Assembly (NCBI GenBank): GCA_038496445.1
Contig: JALMLS010000320.1
Coordinates: 1-64,000 of the forward strand
From: Trichosphaerium sp. ATCC 40318
Taxonomy: Eukaryota > Protista > Tubulinea
Direction: 5' to 3'
DNA: 64,000 nt
This document shows, in pieces, positions 62,992 through 64,000 of the stretch (positions are counted from its first letter, which is position 1; the number at the start of each line of letters is the position of its first letter). The translations under genes and the position numbers were made by a program. The notes below the pieces were generated by a model. The model was not told where the DNA came from and searched no databases. It saw nothing but the letters and a program-made list of their open reading frames with translations.

Positions 62992-63385
62992 AGGATTTAC
63001 TTACCACCGCTTAATACCAAAAAAAACCCCAACTTACAGCTTACCGTTTTTACCTTTGTTCATAACACCTTGTAAATAAAAATGGGTTGGTAAGCATAAA
63101 CAAAGAGGAGTTTAAATTAGCTTAGTTTGCAAGTGTCAGCAACGCCTTGGTAAACGTGTTTAATTAGAAGTAAGGCAATAAACTAGAGTCAATGTGCAGG
63201 GCACTAGCATGAAGCAGTAAATCTTCTGTTCTAGTTGATAAACAAGACCTAAAAGAATATAATAGATTGTGCTTGCTAGAAAACAAGGTTCTGGTATGAT
63301 CCAATGTAAAGAGATGTTAGTTTCGGAAGTACTAGTTTAATTTTCTATTCACACATTAACACAATAAAAGACTGGGTTGGACAGG

Positions 63386-64000
63386 TCAACCTAGCATAGC
63401 ATCTTCTATTAGTGTCATACCAAGCAATCGTCCTTCATCATCAAATAGAATACCTTTTGATTTCAGAACATCCATTACCTTTGTAAGAAACTAACCAAAC
63501 ATAAGAAAAATCAAACACATAGTGTGCTCTACCTTGCGCCATAGTCTTTGAAATTCCATTATATCCTTTGGTTTACTATCATAATAAAATACAGCAAAGT
63601 TGAGAAACAGAAGTGCTAAATGAATGAGATACAACAAAGTGAAAAAAAATACAACATAAAACATCACTGATTAACCCATTTATGTCAAGAAAAAATTCTG
63701 TAGAGCCTGGAACCCTTAGAAGCTCTCAGGCAATACATTTTCCACCTTTCACTCAGCAACCCATTAGGTTGTTTTTAAAGATATCTAGAGCTCAGGGCAC
63801 CAAGTGAAATAACAAAGGTTTTTTATCACGTGATTTCTAAAATAAAAATAGGACAAAAAAGGAGTACCATAAACTTTAAAGAACTGTTTCTTTGGATCAC
63901 CATTCCTTAGAAAATGAGAATCTAACTTTCTTGAACAAACAGCAAGCCAATAAACAAATTCTGTTAAATTAATGCCAGTTATAGCCAGCGGAAACCCATA
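63386..64000 (-). CDS. ELMO/CED-12 domain protein, 3' part (5' end outside window)
   Basis: YGFPLAITGINLT and FAVFYYDSKPKDIMEFQ match the ELMO domain C-terminal motifs. Confidence 0.8.

Noticed and set aside
11018-64000. Alternative genetic code
   Set aside because: TAA (ERCC1), TAG (HSD17B10) and TGA (SDHAF4) all end conserved proteins. In-frame stops are explained by introns.

Overview
Intron-rich, AT-rich nuclear DNA from a microbial eukaryote, most likely an amoebozoan. That call is an inference from a Dictyostelium-type STAT gene, GTACG splice donors and short introns. The standard genetic code is used. Positions 1-586 look like the end of a DNA transposon. About 835-7911 is one complete minus-strand rRNA unit (28S, 5.8S, 18S) with an extremely divergent GC-rich core and AT-rich inserts. 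Upstream of the 18S lies a structured spacer carrying seven near-identical ~52-60 nt hairpins with conserved arms and variable loops. From ~11 kb onward, densely packed spliced genes follow: ERCC1, HSD17B10, SURF6/RRP14, SDHAF4, a LamG membrane protein, STAT, a DNRLRE-heme peroxidase fusion, full-length Dicer, an MMS22L-like protein, a phage-tail-collar membrane protein, a WD40 protein, a frameshifted di-ubiquitin, GH30 glucosylceramidase, a 6-repeat PD-(D/E)XK nuclease, a MORN protein, an F-box protein, a bacterial-type secreted protein, a STE20/PAK kinase with two RGS domains and the 3' part of an ELMO-domain gene. The top leads are the rDNA-upstream hairpin array, the putatively mitochondrial repeat-nuclease and a strong CACGTG enrichment confined to the genic DNA. 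Gene models were spliced by eye, so boundaries are approximate and no searches were run.
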